This document shows positions 1-10,456 of a DNA stretch of 64,000 nt, in pieces (positions within the stretch are counted from its first letter, which is position 1; each line of letters begins with the position of its first letter). The stretch is from NCBI GenBank assembly GCA_963664435.2, contig CAXXKM010000003.1, positions 1,312,001-1,376,000 of the forward strand. The letters are read 5' to 3'. Under the pieces are notes generated by a model. The model had not been told where the DNA came from and made no database searches. It saw nothing but the letters and a program-made list of their open reading frames with translations. Origin of the DNA: Longimicrobiales bacterium. GTDB taxonomy: Bacteria > Gemmatimonadota > Gemmatimonadetes > Longimicrobiales > Gaopeijiaceae. A program made the position numbers and the translations under genes.

Positions 1-528
1 CACCGGCGTCCGCGTCTCGAGCGCCAGCACGAAGGCGCCTTTCTTGAAGGGCTGCAGCTCCCCCGTCGGCGACCGGGTGCCTTCCGCGAACATGACGACG
101 TGAAGGGTGTGCTCGCGCAGCCGGCGGGCCGCCCGCTGCAGCGACTCGACCGCCCTGTGGCGTTTGCGGCGGTCGATGGACAGGTGGCCGCAACGCAGAA
201 ACGCCTTGCCGAAGACGGGGACGGAGCGCAGCTCCTCCTTGGCCACGAAGCGCAGGGTGGTGGGGAAGGTGGCGAAGAGCGCGAGCACGTCGAACCAGGA
301 CTGGTGGTTGGAGACGACGATCTGCGAACGCCGCGGGTCGACCCGACCGAGCCCGGCCGAGGTGACCGTCACGCCCGCGGCTCGCAGGAGGACGGCGGAC
401 CAGCCCTGCGCCCAGTATCCGCAGCGCCGGCGGCGCCAGGCGGGGACCAGGGAGGAGAGCAGGATGATCGCGGCGTAGTACCCGGTCATCGCAATCGCCG
501 TCAGCGCCACCCAGGCCGTCCGCAACAT
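1..528 (-). CDS. plsC: 1-acyl-sn-glycerol-3-phosphate acyltransferase (3' end beyond window)
   Basis: Not in the ORF track; my own translation from ATG 528 gives MLRTAWVALTAIAM..., with NHQSWFD (HX4D), FVAKEEL and FAEGTRS...PFKKGAF motifs; frame open to base 1. Confidence 0.88.
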   Translation of the reverse strand, partial: MLRTAWVALTAIAMTGYYAAIILLSSLVPAWRRRRCGYWAQGWSAVLLRAAGVTVTSAGLGRVDPRRSQIVVSNHQSWFDVLALFATFPTTLRFVAKEELRSVPVFGKAFLRCGHLSIDRRKRHRAVESLQRAARRLREHTLHVVMFAEGTRSPTGELQPFKKGAFVLALETRTPV

Positions 529-546
529 CCGTTCTCCCGATCCGGT

Positions 547-1566
547 CTAGCGATGGTCCGAGCGCCCGACTTCGGCGGCATCGGATCGCGGTGCGCGAAA
601 GTGGTCGAAGCCCGCGGATCCGGGGTCGAACCGGTCCGCGCCGTCGCCCTCAAGTCTAACGCCTGCGCCCTCGGCGACAATTCCGACGCGCGTCAGGGAC
701 AGGTCGAACCGGCGCTGGAAGTCGGTCGCGACCGAATCCGCAGACCCCGGCCGCGCGGTGAAGGCGAGCTCGTAGTCCTCGCCTCCGGCAAGCGCCAGGG
801 GCAGCGCGCGGCAGCGCGAACCGGCAGCGCCGGCGGCCGAGGGCGCGACGGGGACGAGCGCCGGATCCAGAACGATGGCAACCCCGCTCGCCGCGGCGAT
901 GTGGCCCATATCTCCCACAAGGCCGTCCGACAGGTCGATGAGGGCCGTCATCCGGATGCGCTCCGCGGCCCAGCGGGCCTCTCCGAGGCGCGCGACGGGC
1001 GCGGCGAAGGCCCGCCGCGACGACGATTCGGGCTCAAGCCCGCGCTTCCAGCCGAGCACCGCTGCCGCGCTCGCACCCAGGACGCCCGTCACCCAGACCT
1101 CGTCCCCCGCCCGCGCACCGCTTCGCAGGATGGGGCGATCCGCGCGGCCCAGCGCGACCACGTTCACGACCACCGGGCCTGGAGAGCGGGTGAGGTCGCC
1201 CCCGATCAGCGCGCACCCCGCGCGTTCGCACGCTCGACGGATGCCGGTCCGAAGCCCCTCGGCGACCTGTGGGGCCTCCACATCCGGCAGTCCGAGGGCG
1301 ACGAGCACGCCGACGGGCCGCGCGGCCATCGCGGCAACGTCGCTGAGGGCGGCGGTCACCGCGCGGTAGCCAGCCTCGTCGAAGCTGATCCACCCGCGTC
1401 GGAAGTGCACGTCCTCGATGAACGCGTCGGTGCTCACCACCCAGCCGGATTCGAGCACCGCGCAGTCATCGCCCGAGCCAACCAGCACTTCCGCCCCGGG
1501 TGGCGGTCCGGCTGCCAGGAAGGACCGGATCAGGTCGAACTCGCCGCCCGGTCCCAGCGAACTCAA
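547..1566 (-). CDS. thiL: Thiamine-monophosphate kinase
   Basis: GEFDLI, GDDCAV, STDAFIEDVHF, LSDVAAM, IGGD, IDLSDGL and GGEDYEL motifs. Confidence 0.95.
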   Translation of the reverse strand: MSSLGPGGEFDLIRSFLAAGPPPGAEVLVGSGDDCAVLESGWVVSTDAFIEDVHFRRGWISFDEAGYRAVTAALSDVAAMAARPVGVLVALGLPDVEAPQVAEGLRTGIRRACERAGCALIGGDLTRSPGPVVVNVVALGRADRPILRSGARAGDEVWVTGVLGASAAAVLGWKRGLEPESSSRRAFAAPVARLGEARWAAERIRMTALIDLSDGLVGDMGHIAAASGVAIVLDPALVPVAPSAAGAAGSRCRALPLALAGGEDYELAFTARPGSADSVATDFQRRFDLSLTRVGIVAEGAGVRLEGDGADRFDPGSAGFDHFRAPRSDAAEVGRSDHR

Positions 1567-3185
1567 CGAGGCGCTTCCTGGTCGAAGATGACGAAGGGCA
1601 GGCCAAGACGGCTCCTGCGGTCGGGTTGCCGGCGCACCGCGGCCGAAAGGCGCGCGATCACATCGCCCGGCACCAGCCCGGGACCCTCGTTCCCGAGGGC
1701 CGCCGCGACCCCGGTCAGGTGCAGCGCCAGCGCGCCGGCCACCGATGGGTCACATCCCTGCGCCAGCATGGAACCCGCGACCCCGCTCAGCACGTCGCCC
1801 ATCCCGGCCGCGGCCAGGTCGGAGCTCCCGAGCCCGCCCACCAGGAGCCGCTTCGAAGGGGTGGCCACCACCGATGGGTTCCCCTTCAGCAACACCGTGC
1901 ACGACCAGGCCGCCGCCCGGTCGAGGGCCAGTTCGTGCGGAAGATCGGGCAGGTCGGCAGCGGCCGCCACGAGCCTCCTCATCTCGCCCCGATGGGGCGT
2001 CACCAGCACCGGCCGAGCGCGCCCCAGGTCGCCGAGGGGGGGACCCGCGTCCGCCGCCACCAGGTTCAGGGCGTCGGCGTCGAGCAGGACGGGCGCGTCG
2101 CCGGACGCCTCCAGCACGGCCTCCAGGGCGGCGGCGGCCTCCGGAGCGACCCCCAGCCCGGGCCCTGCCGCGACCGCGGTCGATCCCATCGCCGCCCGGG
2201 CGAGCGCGGGACGGTCGGCCGCGTCCACGAACACCGCTTCCGGGACCGCGCCCTGGAGCACGGACCGATTGGAGGAGGCGCTCGCGATGCGCACGAATCC
2301 CGCGCCGGCCCTCAGTGCCGCCCGCGCCGCCATGATTGCCGCGCCCGCCATCCCGGGCGCCCCCGCCAGCAGGAGCAGCGAGCCGACCTGGTGCTTGTGC
2401 GTCTCGGGACGACGAACCGGCAGCACGTCCCGCGCCCATGCGGGCGTCATCACCCGCGCCCCGAACCTCCCGGGCGGCACCGGCGGGAATCCGATCTCCA
2501 CAGCCACCAGGCGACCGGTGTGCACACGCCCGGGTTGAAGCAGGGAACCCAGCTTGGGCCAGCCGAAGGCCGCCGTTACGTCGGCCCGGGTGGCTGCTCC
2601 GGGAACGGCGCCGGTGTCGGCGTCCACCCCGGAAGGGATGTCGAGGGAAAGGAGCGGCCTGCCGGCCCGGTTCATGCCTTCCAGGATGCGCGCCTGGGGA
2701 GTGCGGGGCGCTCCCGAAATCCCCGTGCCGAGCACCGCGTCCACAAGCACGCCGGCCGACGCGGTCACCCGCTGGATCTCACCCCGGGCGCCCTCGGCGC
2801 CCGCGTCCAGCGTGGGCAGCGGCCACTGGTGCAGCAGGCGGGCATCCGGGGAACGCGCGGACGCCTGGACGACCGTTACCGGGCGGCCCCACCCCGCCAG
2901 CGCGCGCGCCAGAGCCAGGCCGTCGCCGCCGTTGTTGCCCGATCCAGCGAACACGACGACCGATCCCCGCGCAAAGATGCGCTCGAGCACCAGGGCGGCC
3001 GATCGTCCCGCATTCTCGATGAGGGTCCGGCCGGGAACACCAAGTTGGTCGATGACGAAGCGATCGAAGGATGCCGCTTCGCTGCCGGTGGGAGCGTGGA
3101 CATCGGAATCGCCGAAGAGGATCCTCGAACGACCGCGACGGCCTCCGGGAGGGGCGCCGCGATTCCTATTCGCGCGTGGCGCCAT
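1563..3185 (-). CDS. nnr: Bifunctional NAD(P)H-hydrate epimerase/dehydratase
   Basis: ENAG, GSGNNGGDG, DAVLGTG, DIPSG (YjeF_N) fused to HK..G, GPGLG, LDADAL, TPHRGEM, LLKG, GMGDVLSG (carbohydrate kinase). Start uncertain. Confidence 0.93.
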   Translation of the reverse strand: MAPRANRNRGAPPGGRRGRSRILFGDSDVHAPTGSEAASFDRFVIDQLGVPGRTLIENAGRSAALVLERIFARGSVVVFAGSGNNGGDGLALARALAGWGRPVTVVQASARSPDARLLHQWPLPTLDAGAEGARGEIQRVTASAGVLVDAVLGTGISGAPRTPQARILEGMNRAGRPLLSLDIPSGVDADTGAVPGAATRADVTAAFGWPKLGSLLQPGRVHTGRLVAVEIGFPPVPPGRFGARVMTPAWARDVLPVRRPETHKHQVGSLLLLAGAPGMAGAAIMAARAALRAGAGFVRIASASSNRSVLQGAVPEAVFVDAADRPALARAAMGSTAVAAGPGLGVAPEAAAALEAVLEASGDAPVLLDADALNLVAADAGPPLGDLGRARPVLVTPHRGEMRRLVAAAADLPDLPHELALDRAAAWSCTVLLKGNPSVVATPSKRLLVGGLGSSDLAAAGMGDVLSGVAGSMLAQGCDPSVAGALALHLTGVAAALGNEGPGLVPGDVIARLSAAVRRQPDRRSRLGLPFVIFDQEAPR

Positions 3186-3203
3186 CGGAAGGGGTTGGGG
3201 CGA

Positions 3204-3401
3204 CTACTTGTAGCTCTGAGTGATGTTGCGGCCGAAGGTGATCTCTCCGTTGTCGATCCTGATGTTGTAGCCACAGTCGGGATTGGAACAGACCCACGCC
3301 TTGTATCGGATCGACGCGCCCTCGCGTCCGTAGTCCGACATGGGGAGCAACAGCCCCGTATTGCATTTGAGACAGGAAGGAAAGCTGCGCTCATCGGACA
3401 T
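3204..3401 (-). CDS. Small putative zinc-ribbon protein (65 aa)
   Basis: CLKC ... CSNPDC cysteine pairs; GAGGGG SD-like sequence upstream; fits the intergenic gap. Confidence 0.75.
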   Translation of the reverse strand: MSDERSFPSCLKCNTGLLLPMSDYGREGASIRYKAWVCSNPDCGYNIRIDNGEITFGRNITQSYK

Positions 3402-3469
3402 TGTCCAGTCCCCTCTCGGATGGTCTCGAAAAGACGAGACCTGTTGAGTAAGTCAGGTTGCGGCGGAGG

Positions 3470-3847
3470 CTATGCCCTGCCCCACGGGTAGTTGTGCTCG
3501 AAAGCGTCCTCGAAATCGTACACGCCCCTGAAATCCTCGGGAGAATCCTCATCCTGTTTCAGGAGAATCCCGCAGTCCACCAGATCGAATACGATCTCAC
3601 CCAGGTCTTCCGTGGCGTGGACGCCCCAATGTTCCAGAACCGTGCGCGCCATGGGGCCATATTGCTCGAGGGCCAGTCGCCTTACCCCCTGCGCCAGCTC
3701 CGTGCCGGAGATATGGCGCCGCTTTTCGAGCGAGTCCGAGACCGACTGCAGGGCGGAGAGAACAAACAGGTACGCCTTGACATGGAAGCGCGGGTTGCGC
3801 CCATCGAGCCGAACCAGGACATCGTCGCCAATCTGCGGGTCGTTCAT
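3470..3847 (-). CDS. Conserved hypothetical protein, Minf_1886-like family
   Basis: C-terminal part of ORF 3470..4810 from MNDPQ; AY.FV, RHISGTEL, GPMARTVLEHWGV, EDLGEIVF.LV, D..EDF pattern recalled from this family. Confidence 0.75.
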   Translation of the reverse strand: MNDPQIGDDVLVRLDGRNPRFHVKAYLFVLSALQSVSDSLEKRRHISGTELAQGVRRLALEQYGPMARTVLEHWGVHATEDLGEIVFDLVDCGILLKQDEDSPEDFRGVYDFEDAFEHNYPWGRA

Positions 3848-3957
3848 GGGAGAAATCTGGAGCGATTCCCCGGCGAGCGCCAGACCCGGCCATCGGGGCG
3901 ACAGGGCGTTTCCCGTTGCAGGACAAGATATTGCGGCGCCCGCAACCTCCGGGCAGG

Positions 3958-5217
3958 TCAGTCGACCGGAGCGGTTTCCCTGCGGAGCGGGAAAGACGCG
4001 CTCATCTCGCGCACTTCCCCACGCACCTCCTGCAGCACTTCCTCGTCCTCGGGGCGAAGCAGAACCCGGGCCATCCAGTCGGCGATGAGGCGCATCTCGT
4101 CGATGCCCATGCCCCGGCTGGTGAGCGCCGAAGTCCCGAGGCGAATCCCGGAGGTGACCAGGGGCGACCGGTACTCCCCGGGGACGGTGTTCTTGTTGAC
4201 GGTGATGCCCACGCGCGCGAGCGCCGCCTCGGCCTGCGCTCCCGAGAGGCCGTCCTGCCCGAAGTCGACCAGGATCAGGTGCGTGTCGGTGCCGCCGCTC
4301 ACCAGACGGAACCCGTGTTCCATCAGCCTGGACCCCAGGGTTCGCGCGTTGACCACCACCTGCCGGATGTAGAGGGAGAACTCCGGGGCCAGGGCCTCCC
4401 GGAACGCAACCGCCTTGGCGGCGATCACATGCATCATGGGACCACCCTGCGAGCCCGGGAAGACCGCCCTGTCGATGGCGCGGGCGTGTTCGGCGGGCGC
4501 CAGAATAAGACCGCCGCGGGGTCCGCGCAGGGTCTTGTGCGTCGTCGTGGTCACCACATGCGCATGTGGAATCGGACTGGGATGCTCGCCCGTGGCGACG
4601 AGCCCGGCGATGTGGGCCATGTCGACCATGAGGAGCGCGTCCACTTCGCGCGCTATTTCGCCGAACGCAGCGAAATCGAGGGTGCGCGGGTAGGCGCTGG
4701 CCCCCGCGACGATCAGTCGCGGGCGCTCCGAGCGGGCCTGCTCGCGCACCACATCGTAGTCGATGAACCCATCCGACTCGCGCACACCGTATGACGATAC
4801 CTGGAACCACTTGCCGCTGACGTTGACCCGGGATCCGTGCGTGAGATGGCCGCCGTGGCTGAGCTGCATGCCCAGAAAGCGGTCTCCGGGCTGGAGGAAG
4901 GCGAGAAAGGCGGCCAGGTTGGCCTGGGCCCCGGAATGGGGCTGAACGTTCGCGTGATCGGCCCCGAAGAGCGTGCAGGCCCGCGCCCGCGCCAGGCTTT
5001 CGACCACGTCGACGTGCTCGCAGCCGCCGTAGTAGCGGCGTCCCGGGAGCCCTTCGGCGTACTTGTTGGTGAGGGCCGAACCCGTCGCCTCCAGAACCGC
5101 CCGGGACGCGAAGTTCTCGCTGGCGATCATCTCCAGCTGGTCTCGCTGGCGGGCCTCTTCGGCCTGGACGGCCTGATGTATCTCGGGGTCGAAACGACGC
5201 AGGTGATCGGTGGACAC
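3958..5217 (-). CDS. glyA: Serine hydroxymethyltransferase
   Basis: [42 protein letters not shown] (PLP lysine). Confidence 0.98.
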   Translation of the reverse strand: MSTDHLRRFDPEIHQAVQAEEARQRDQLEMIASENFASRAVLEATGSALTNKYAEGLPGRRYYGGCEHVDVVESLARARACTLFGADHANVQPHSGAQANLAAFLAFLQPGDRFLGMQLSHGGHLTHGSRVNVSGKWFQVSSYGVRESDGFIDYDVVREQARSERPRLIVAGASAYPRTLDFAAFGEIAREVDALLMVDMAHIAGLVATGEHPSPIPHAHVVTTTTHKTLRGPRGGLILAPAEHARAIDRAVFPGSQGGPMMHVIAAKAVAFREALAPEFSLYIRQVVVNARTLGSRLMEHGFRLVSGGTDTHLILVDFGQDGLSGAQAEAALARVGITVNKNTVPGEYRSPLVTSGIRLGTSALTSRGMGIDEMRLIADWMARVLLRPEDEEVLQEVRGEVREMSASFPLRRETAPVD

Positions 5218-5230
5218 GGCTTCGCTCGGG

Positions 5231-6322
5231 TCAGGTGCTCATGGAAACTGCCCGCCGGGCACGGGAGCCGTGCGCGGCGCTGCCGGGGCGGCGGGCATCC
5301 GTCAGCTTCTGCAGAGCAACACGGTTTGAGGCTTCGGCGGCGGTGATGCCATCCTCGCGCGCGCGCCGAAAGACGCTCAGCAGGACGTCGTAGATCCCGG
5401 CAGCCTTCCTTCGGGTGCGTTCAGCGGACCAGCCGTGAATCTCGCCGTACACGTTGATGAGGCCTCCGGCGTTGATCACGTAGTCGGGAGCGAAAAGGAT
5501 GCCCCGCTCCTGCAGGGCGTTGCCATGCCTCGGCTCGGCCAACTGATTATTGGCCGAGCCCGCCACAATGTCCACGCGCAGGCGCTCGACGGTCCGGTCG
5601 TTGACCACGCCGCCCAGCGCGCAGGGGGCGAAGATGTCCGCCGGCACGTCGTAGATCCCGGCCGGGGCGACCGGGGCTGCGCCGAAATCGCGCACCGCGC
5701 GCTGAACGCTGCCGGCGTCGATGTCGGCGACCGTGAGTCGTGCGCCTTCGGCCGCGAGTTCGGCGCACAGGTGGTACCCGACGTGTCCCACGCCCTGAAC
5801 TGCGACATGCCTGCCCTCCAGGCGCGGATCGCCGTAGCGCTCCCGCGCGCACGCCCTGATCCCTTGGTAGACACCGTGGGCCGTGGCGGGAGAAGGATCC
5901 CCGGAACCCCCGCGAACCCCGGCCACCCAGCGGGTTTCCGCGCGCACGAACTCCATGTCGTCCACGGAAGTGCCGACGTCCTCGGCCGTGATGTAGCGCC
6001 CGCCCAGCGACTCCACGGCCCGGCCGTGGGCCCGGAAGAGCTGCTCGCGGTCGCATGGCTGTTCATCCGCCAGGATGACCGATTTGCCCCCTCCCAGCTT
6101 CAGGCCCGCGATGGCCGCCTTGTACGTCATTCCGCGCGCGAGGCGCAGGGCGTCGACCAGGGCATCCTCCTCGCTGGCATACTTCCACAGGCGGGTGCCC
6201 CCCAGAGCCGGGCCGAGCGTGGTGTCGTGGATGGCGATGATGCCTCGGTAGCCCGCCGCGGGCTCCGACCAGAATGCCAGTTGATCGTGGCGGAAGGCCG
6301 CCATCTCCTCGAATATCTTCAT
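5231..6322 (-). CDS. Leu/Val/Phe (Glu/Leu/Phe/Val family) dehydrogenase
   Basis: [45 protein letters not shown]; start taken at MKIFEEM. Confidence 0.93.
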   Translation of the reverse strand: MKIFEEMAAFRHDQLAFWSEPAAGYRGIIAIHDTTLGPALGGTRLWKYASEEDALVDALRLARGMTYKAAIAGLKLGGGKSVILADEQPCDREQLFRAHGRAVESLGGRYITAEDVGTSVDDMEFVRAETRWVAGVRGGSGDPSPATAHGVYQGIRACARERYGDPRLEGRHVAVQGVGHVGYHLCAELAAEGARLTVADIDAGSVQRAVRDFGAAPVAPAGIYDVPADIFAPCALGGVVNDRTVERLRVDIVAGSANNQLAEPRHGNALQERGILFAPDYVINAGGLINVYGEIHGWSAERTRRKAAGIYDVLLSVFRRAREDGITAAEASNRVALQKLTDARRPGSAAHGSRARRAVSMST

Positions 6323-6386
6323 GTTCAATTCCTTGTATTTCTCTTGCCGGGCGTCCCCACCGGTGCCGCGCCGAAGCGGGCGCCCT

Positions 6387-7562
6387 TCACCCGGTGCCAA
6401 CCGCAGCCTGGAACCCGCGCGCCGCGATGATGCGCAGCACCTCGCCCGTGGCCTCGCAGATGCCCGTGCCGCTGGCGTCGCGCATCAGCTTCTCTACGGG
6501 ATAGTCGCGCATGTATCCATACCCCCCGAAGATCTGCACGGCTTCCCGAGCCACCGATACCGCTGCGTGGCTCGCCGCCCACCTTGCCATGTCCGGCGTC
6601 GCCGCCAGGCCCGGATGGTCCGGCCAGGAAGCCATGTCGAGTCCGCCTTCCCGGTCCGGCGCTTCGAGAGCAGCGGCCGTCTCGCGCACCAGCGCGCGCG
6701 CCGCGGCAATACGGGTGGCCATGCCCGCGAGCTTGTGCCGTATGGCTCCGAACGCCGTGAGGGCGCGCCCGAACTGCTCGCGCTCGCGGGAGTATCGGGC
6801 GGCGTGCTCGAAGGCGGCCTGCGCGATGCCCAGGGCGACCGCCGCGCCGCCCAGGCGGGACAGGGGGAGCACCTCCCGCGCGTACCCGTCTCCGAGCGGC
6901 GGGCGCCCGATCACACGGTCCTCGGGCACTGCCATGCCGTCGAACTCGATGTCGACGATCTCGGCCGCGCACAGTCCGAGGGTTTCGCGTCGACGCACAA
7001 CGCGATACCCGGGTACGGCGGTGTCCACGAGGAACGCGCCCAACCCGCCGCCCGGGTCCGAGTGGGCGAAGACCACGGCCGCCCCCGCTCTGTCGCCGTC
7101 CACCACCCAGTGCCTGTGGCCGTCGAGACGCCAGCCCCCGGCCACCGGCGTGGCGATGGCATCCCCGGCATCCTCGGCACCGGACGCCCCGGGCTCGCCC
7201 AGCGCGAAGGCGACCAGGCGCTCTCCGGACGCGATCCCCGGGAGGAACTCGCGTTGCAGGCCGTCCGATGCATGCGCGAGCAGGAGGCCGGTGACCGGTC
7301 CGTTCTGCATCGACACGGACAGCGCCACGCTTCCGTCTCCACGGGCGAGCTCCTCCGTCGCCGCCAGGCATGTGGTCAGATCGAGCCCGAGGCCGCCGAA
7401 CGCTTCCGGAATGCGCATCCCCAGGAAACCGAATTCGGCGAGCATCCCGAGGACATCGTCGTCCAGATGGCGATGCTCGTCCCAGTCTGCGGAGCGCGGG
7501 CGGATTTCACCGTCCGAGAAATCCCGGGTCATCTCCCGGATGGATCGTTCCTCCGGGGTCAC
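6387..7562 (-). CDS. Acyl-CoA dehydrogenase (divergent)
   Basis: PEAFGGLG, REQFGR, VQIFGGYGYMRDYPVEKLMRDA; several conserved motifs altered. Confidence 0.88.
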   Translation of the reverse strand: MTPEERSIREMTRDFSDGEIRPRSADWDEHRHLDDDVLGMLAEFGFLGMRIPEAFGGLGLDLTTCLAATEELARGDGSVALSVSMQNGPVTGLLLAHASDGLQREFLPGIASGERLVAFALGEPGASGAEDAGDAIATPVAGGWRLDGHRHWVVDGDRAGAAVVFAHSDPGGGLGAFLVDTAVPGYRVVRRRETLGLCAAEIVDIEFDGMAVPEDRVIGRPPLGDGYAREVLPLSRLGGAAVALGIAQAAFEHAARYSREREQFGRALTAFGAIRHKLAGMATRIAAARALVRETAAALEAPDREGGLDMASWPDHPGLAATPDMARWAASHAAVSVAREAVQIFGGYGYMRDYPVEKLMRDASGTGICEATGEVLRIIAARGFQAAVGTG

Positions 7563-7655
7563 GGAGCGCCACGCATCAGGGGGACACCACGTTCGTGCGC
7601 AGGGCCGCTCCCGCCGGGAACACCGCCGCCGGCCGGCGCTCGACTCCGGGATGCG

Positions 7656-8504
7656 CTACGCATGGGAGTAGAACCCGCGTCCGCTCTTGCGCCCCAGCCA
7701 CCCGGCCGCCACGTACTTGCGAAGCAGCGGCGCGGGGCGGTAGCGGTCGTCGCCCAGCTCCCGGTGCAGTACTTCCAGGATGGCGAGGCAGGTGTCGAGC
7801 CCTATCAGGTCCGCCAGCGCAAGCGGCCCCATGGGGTGATTCATTCCCAGGCGCATGACCGCGTCGATCGCCTCCGCTTCCGCCACGCCCTCCATGAGGG
7901 CGAAGATCGCCTCGTTGATCATCGGCATGAGGATGCGGTTCGAGACGAAGCCCGGGAAGTCGTTCACCTCCACCGGCGTCTTGCCCAGGCGGGTGGCCAA
8001 CTCCATCGCCGCCCGGACGGTCGCGTCGCTGGTCCGGAGCCCGCGCACCACCTCCACCAGGCGCATCACCGGCACGGGGTTCATGAAGTGCACGCCGATG
8101 ACGCGGTCGGGTCGGGTCGTACGGGCGCCCATCGCGGTGATGGAGATCGACGAGGTGTTGGAGGCCAGGATCGCGCCGGGGGGAGCGAGGCGGTCCAGCT
8201 CGGCGAACAGCCGATACTTGAGCGAGGCGTCCTCGGGGACCGCTTCAATGGCGAGCTCCGTCGCGGAGACGGCCCGGGCGAGGTCGGTCGTCGCATGGAT
8301 GCGGGCCAGGGCGGCGGCCTGGTCGTCCGCCTGGAGACGGCCCGACCGGAGCTGGCGATCCATGTTTCGCGCGATGTTCGCGGTTCCGCGCGCGAGCGCC
8401 TCCCCGGCCACGTCGTAGAGGGCCACCTCGAGCTCCGACAGCGCCGCGACGTGCGCGATGCCGTTCCCCATCGTCCCGGATCCGATCACGGCAATGCGTC
8501 GCAT
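7656..8504 (-). CDS. hbd: 3-hydroxybutyryl-CoA dehydrogenase
   Basis: VIGSGTMGNGIA, EAVPED, ASNTSS, GVHFMNPVP, PGFVSNR, HPMGPL, GRKSGRGFY; start at MRRIAV. Confidence 0.95.
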   Translation of the reverse strand: MRRIAVIGSGTMGNGIAHVAALSELEVALYDVAGEALARGTANIARNMDRQLRSGRLQADDQAAALARIHATTDLARAVSATELAIEAVPEDASLKYRLFAELDRLAPPGAILASNTSSISITAMGARTTRPDRVIGVHFMNPVPVMRLVEVVRGLRTSDATVRAAMELATRLGKTPVEVNDFPGFVSNRILMPMINEAIFALMEGVAEAEAIDAVMRLGMNHPMGPLALADLIGLDTCLAILEVLHRELGDDRYRPAPLLRKYVAAGWLGRKSGRGFYSHA

Positions 8505-8539
8505 GGGCTTCCCTTCGGCCACGAACAATGCTCCGGAAG

Positions 8540-9127
8540 TCAGGTTTTGTCGCGAGTCCGGGACCTCAGCCGGAGCGTGATCGCCATGGCCACCAGCAGT
8601 TCGATCGCGTCGCCGAGCGCGAAGGGCAGCACGGCATTGCGCAAGACCGCCATGGGAGCAGAACCGGTGAGCAGGGACAGATGGGCCGCGCCCGCCAGGT
8701 AGATGACGAAAAGGCCCGCCACCAGCGCCAGCAGGATGCGCGGAGCGCCTGCGTCCCGCGGGCCCGCCAGCCATCCGCAGAGACCGGAAGCCAGGGGAAA
8801 GGCGAGGATGAAGCCGCCCGTGGGGCCGGCGAGTGCCGCGGGCCCGGCCGGAATCGCGGCGAACACCGGTATGCCGCTCACCCCGAGCAGCACGTAGGCC
8901 GCCATGCTCGCCGCTCCCGCCGACGGCCCCAGCACCAACCCCGACAGGAGCACGAAGAGCGGCTGCAGCGTCATCGGTACCGGGGTCCAGGGCACGGGCA
9001 CCGCGACGTAGGCGCCGGCGGTGGTGAGCAGGACGAAGAGCGCCGCGGTCAGCGCCCGCCGACCGGTGGCGATCGACGCCATCCGTACCAGAATCCCCTG
9101 TCCCTGGCTCAACTCTGCAGTCCGCAT
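8540..9127 (-). CDS. bioY: Biotin transporter substrate component BioY
   Basis: PVPMTLQ, LG...G, GIPVFA, GPTGGFILAF, multiple transmembrane segments; GGAGG SD upstream. Confidence 0.92.
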   Translation of the reverse strand: MRTAELSQGQGILVRMASIATGRRALTAALFVLLTTAGAYVAVPVPWTPVPMTLQPLFVLLSGLVLGPSAGAASMAAYVLLGVSGIPVFAAIPAGPAALAGPTGGFILAFPLASGLCGWLAGPRDAGAPRILLALVAGLFVIYLAGAAHLSLLTGSAPMAVLRNAVLPFALGDAIELLVAMAITLRLRSRTRDKT

Positions 9128-9156
9128 GCTTGATCCTCCCGTGTTGTCGCTATGTC

Positions 9157-9172
9157 AGCAGGTTTCGTGCCG
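9157..9172 (-). promoter_or_regulatory. Candidate sigma54 (-24/-12) promoter upstream of bioY
   Basis: Minus strand reads CGGCACGAAACCTGCT: GG-N10-GC spacing, close to the TGGCACG-N4-TTGC consensus. Confidence 0.5.
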
Positions 9173-9237
9173 CCCTCAGGCCTACCGCGGGCCGGAGCAT
9201 GGGCGGACCGACCCCGCCACCTCCGGCGCTCGAGCGG

Positions 9238-10449
9238 TCAGGCGCGCTCCACCGCGAGCGCGACCGCGTTGCCGCCTCCGAGGCAGAGCGTGGCGAGGCC
9301 GGTCGCGGCGTCCCGGTCCTCCATCGCATGTACGAGCGTGACCAGGATGCGGGCCCCCGAAGCGCCAATGGGGTGGCCCAGCGCGACGGCGCCCCCGTTC
9401 ACGTTGACCCGGGCCGGATCCAGGTCGAGCGCGTCGATGTCCGCCAGCGTCTGTACCGCAAAGGCTTCGTTGATCTCCACCAGGTCGTAATCGTCCGTCG
9501 CCCTGCCCTCCGAGTCCATCACCTTGCGCACGGCGAAGATGGGGGCGAAAAAGAGATCGCGCGGTTCGGTGCCCGCCGAAGCGTAGGCCGTGACGCGGGC
9601 GGCCACCGGCAGGCCGTGCGCCCGGGCGAATTCCATCGACGCGATGACCAGGGCGGCACCGCCATCGTTCAGCCCCGGGGCGTTTCCGGCGGTGACCACC
9701 AGCCGATCGACCTCTTCGGGAGCGTCGCGGGAAAAGGCGGGACGCAGCCTGGCAAGAGCCGCCAGCGAAGTGTCGCGCCGGGGCCCTTCGTCGGTATCGA
9801 CCAGGGTCTCGCCCCGGCGGGCCGGCACCTCCACCGGAACGATCTCGGACTGAAACCGGCCTCCGTCGATCGCGTCCACCGCCTTGCGGTGCGACGCCAG
9901 GGCGAACTCGTCGGCCCTCTCGCGCGTGATGTCCGCCCGGGTCGCCGTGTATTCCGCGTAACCGCCCATGTGGCGGCCCTCGAAGGAGCACCAGAGGCCG
10001 TCGTGAATGAGGCCGTCGCTCACCTCCTGGTCTCCGAACTTCACGCCCCCGCGATGTCCCCGCAGGTAGTAGGGCACGTTGGACATCGATTCGAAGCCGC
10101 CGGCCACGATGGCGCGCGCGTCCCCCGCCCGGATCGCCTGCGCCGCCAGCATCACCGCCTTCAGTCCGGAACCGCAAACCTTGTTCACGGTGACGGAAGG
10201 GATGGTCGCGGGTAGGCCGGCGTTCACAGCCGCCTGGCGGGCAGGGGCCTGCCCCTCTCCGGCCGAAACCACGTTTCCCATGACCACCTCGTCGATGGCG
10301 GACGGGTCGACGCCCGAGCGCTCCACGGCCGCACGCACGGTGACGGCGCCGAGCGCGGGGCCGGAAAGCGGGGAGAGACCGCCCAGGAAACGGCCAATGG
10401 GGGTACGGGCGGATCCAAGGATGACGGGTGTTCGGGATTCGTTGTTCAT
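9238..10449 (-). CDS. atoB: Acetyl-CoA C-acetyltransferase (thiolase)
   Basis: [41 protein letters not shown]. Confidence 0.95.
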   Translation of the reverse strand: MNNESRTPVILGSARTPIGRFLGGLSPLSGPALGAVTVRAAVERSGVDPSAIDEVVMGNVVSAGEGQAPARQAAVNAGLPATIPSVTVNKVCGSGLKAVMLAAQAIRAGDARAIVAGGFESMSNVPYYLRGHRGGVKFGDQEVSDGLIHDGLWCSFEGRHMGGYAEYTATRADITRERADEFALASHRKAVDAIDGGRFQSEIVPVEVPARRGETLVDTDEGPRRDTSLAALARLRPAFSRDAPEEVDRLVVTAGNAPGLNDGGAALVIASMEFARAHGLPVAARVTAYASAGTEPRDLFFAPIFAVRKVMDSEGRATDDYDLVEINEAFAVQTLADIDALDLDPARVNVNGGAVALGHPIGASGARILVTLVHAMEDRDAATGLATLCLGGGNAVALAVERA

Positions 10450-10456
10450 GTGTGAA

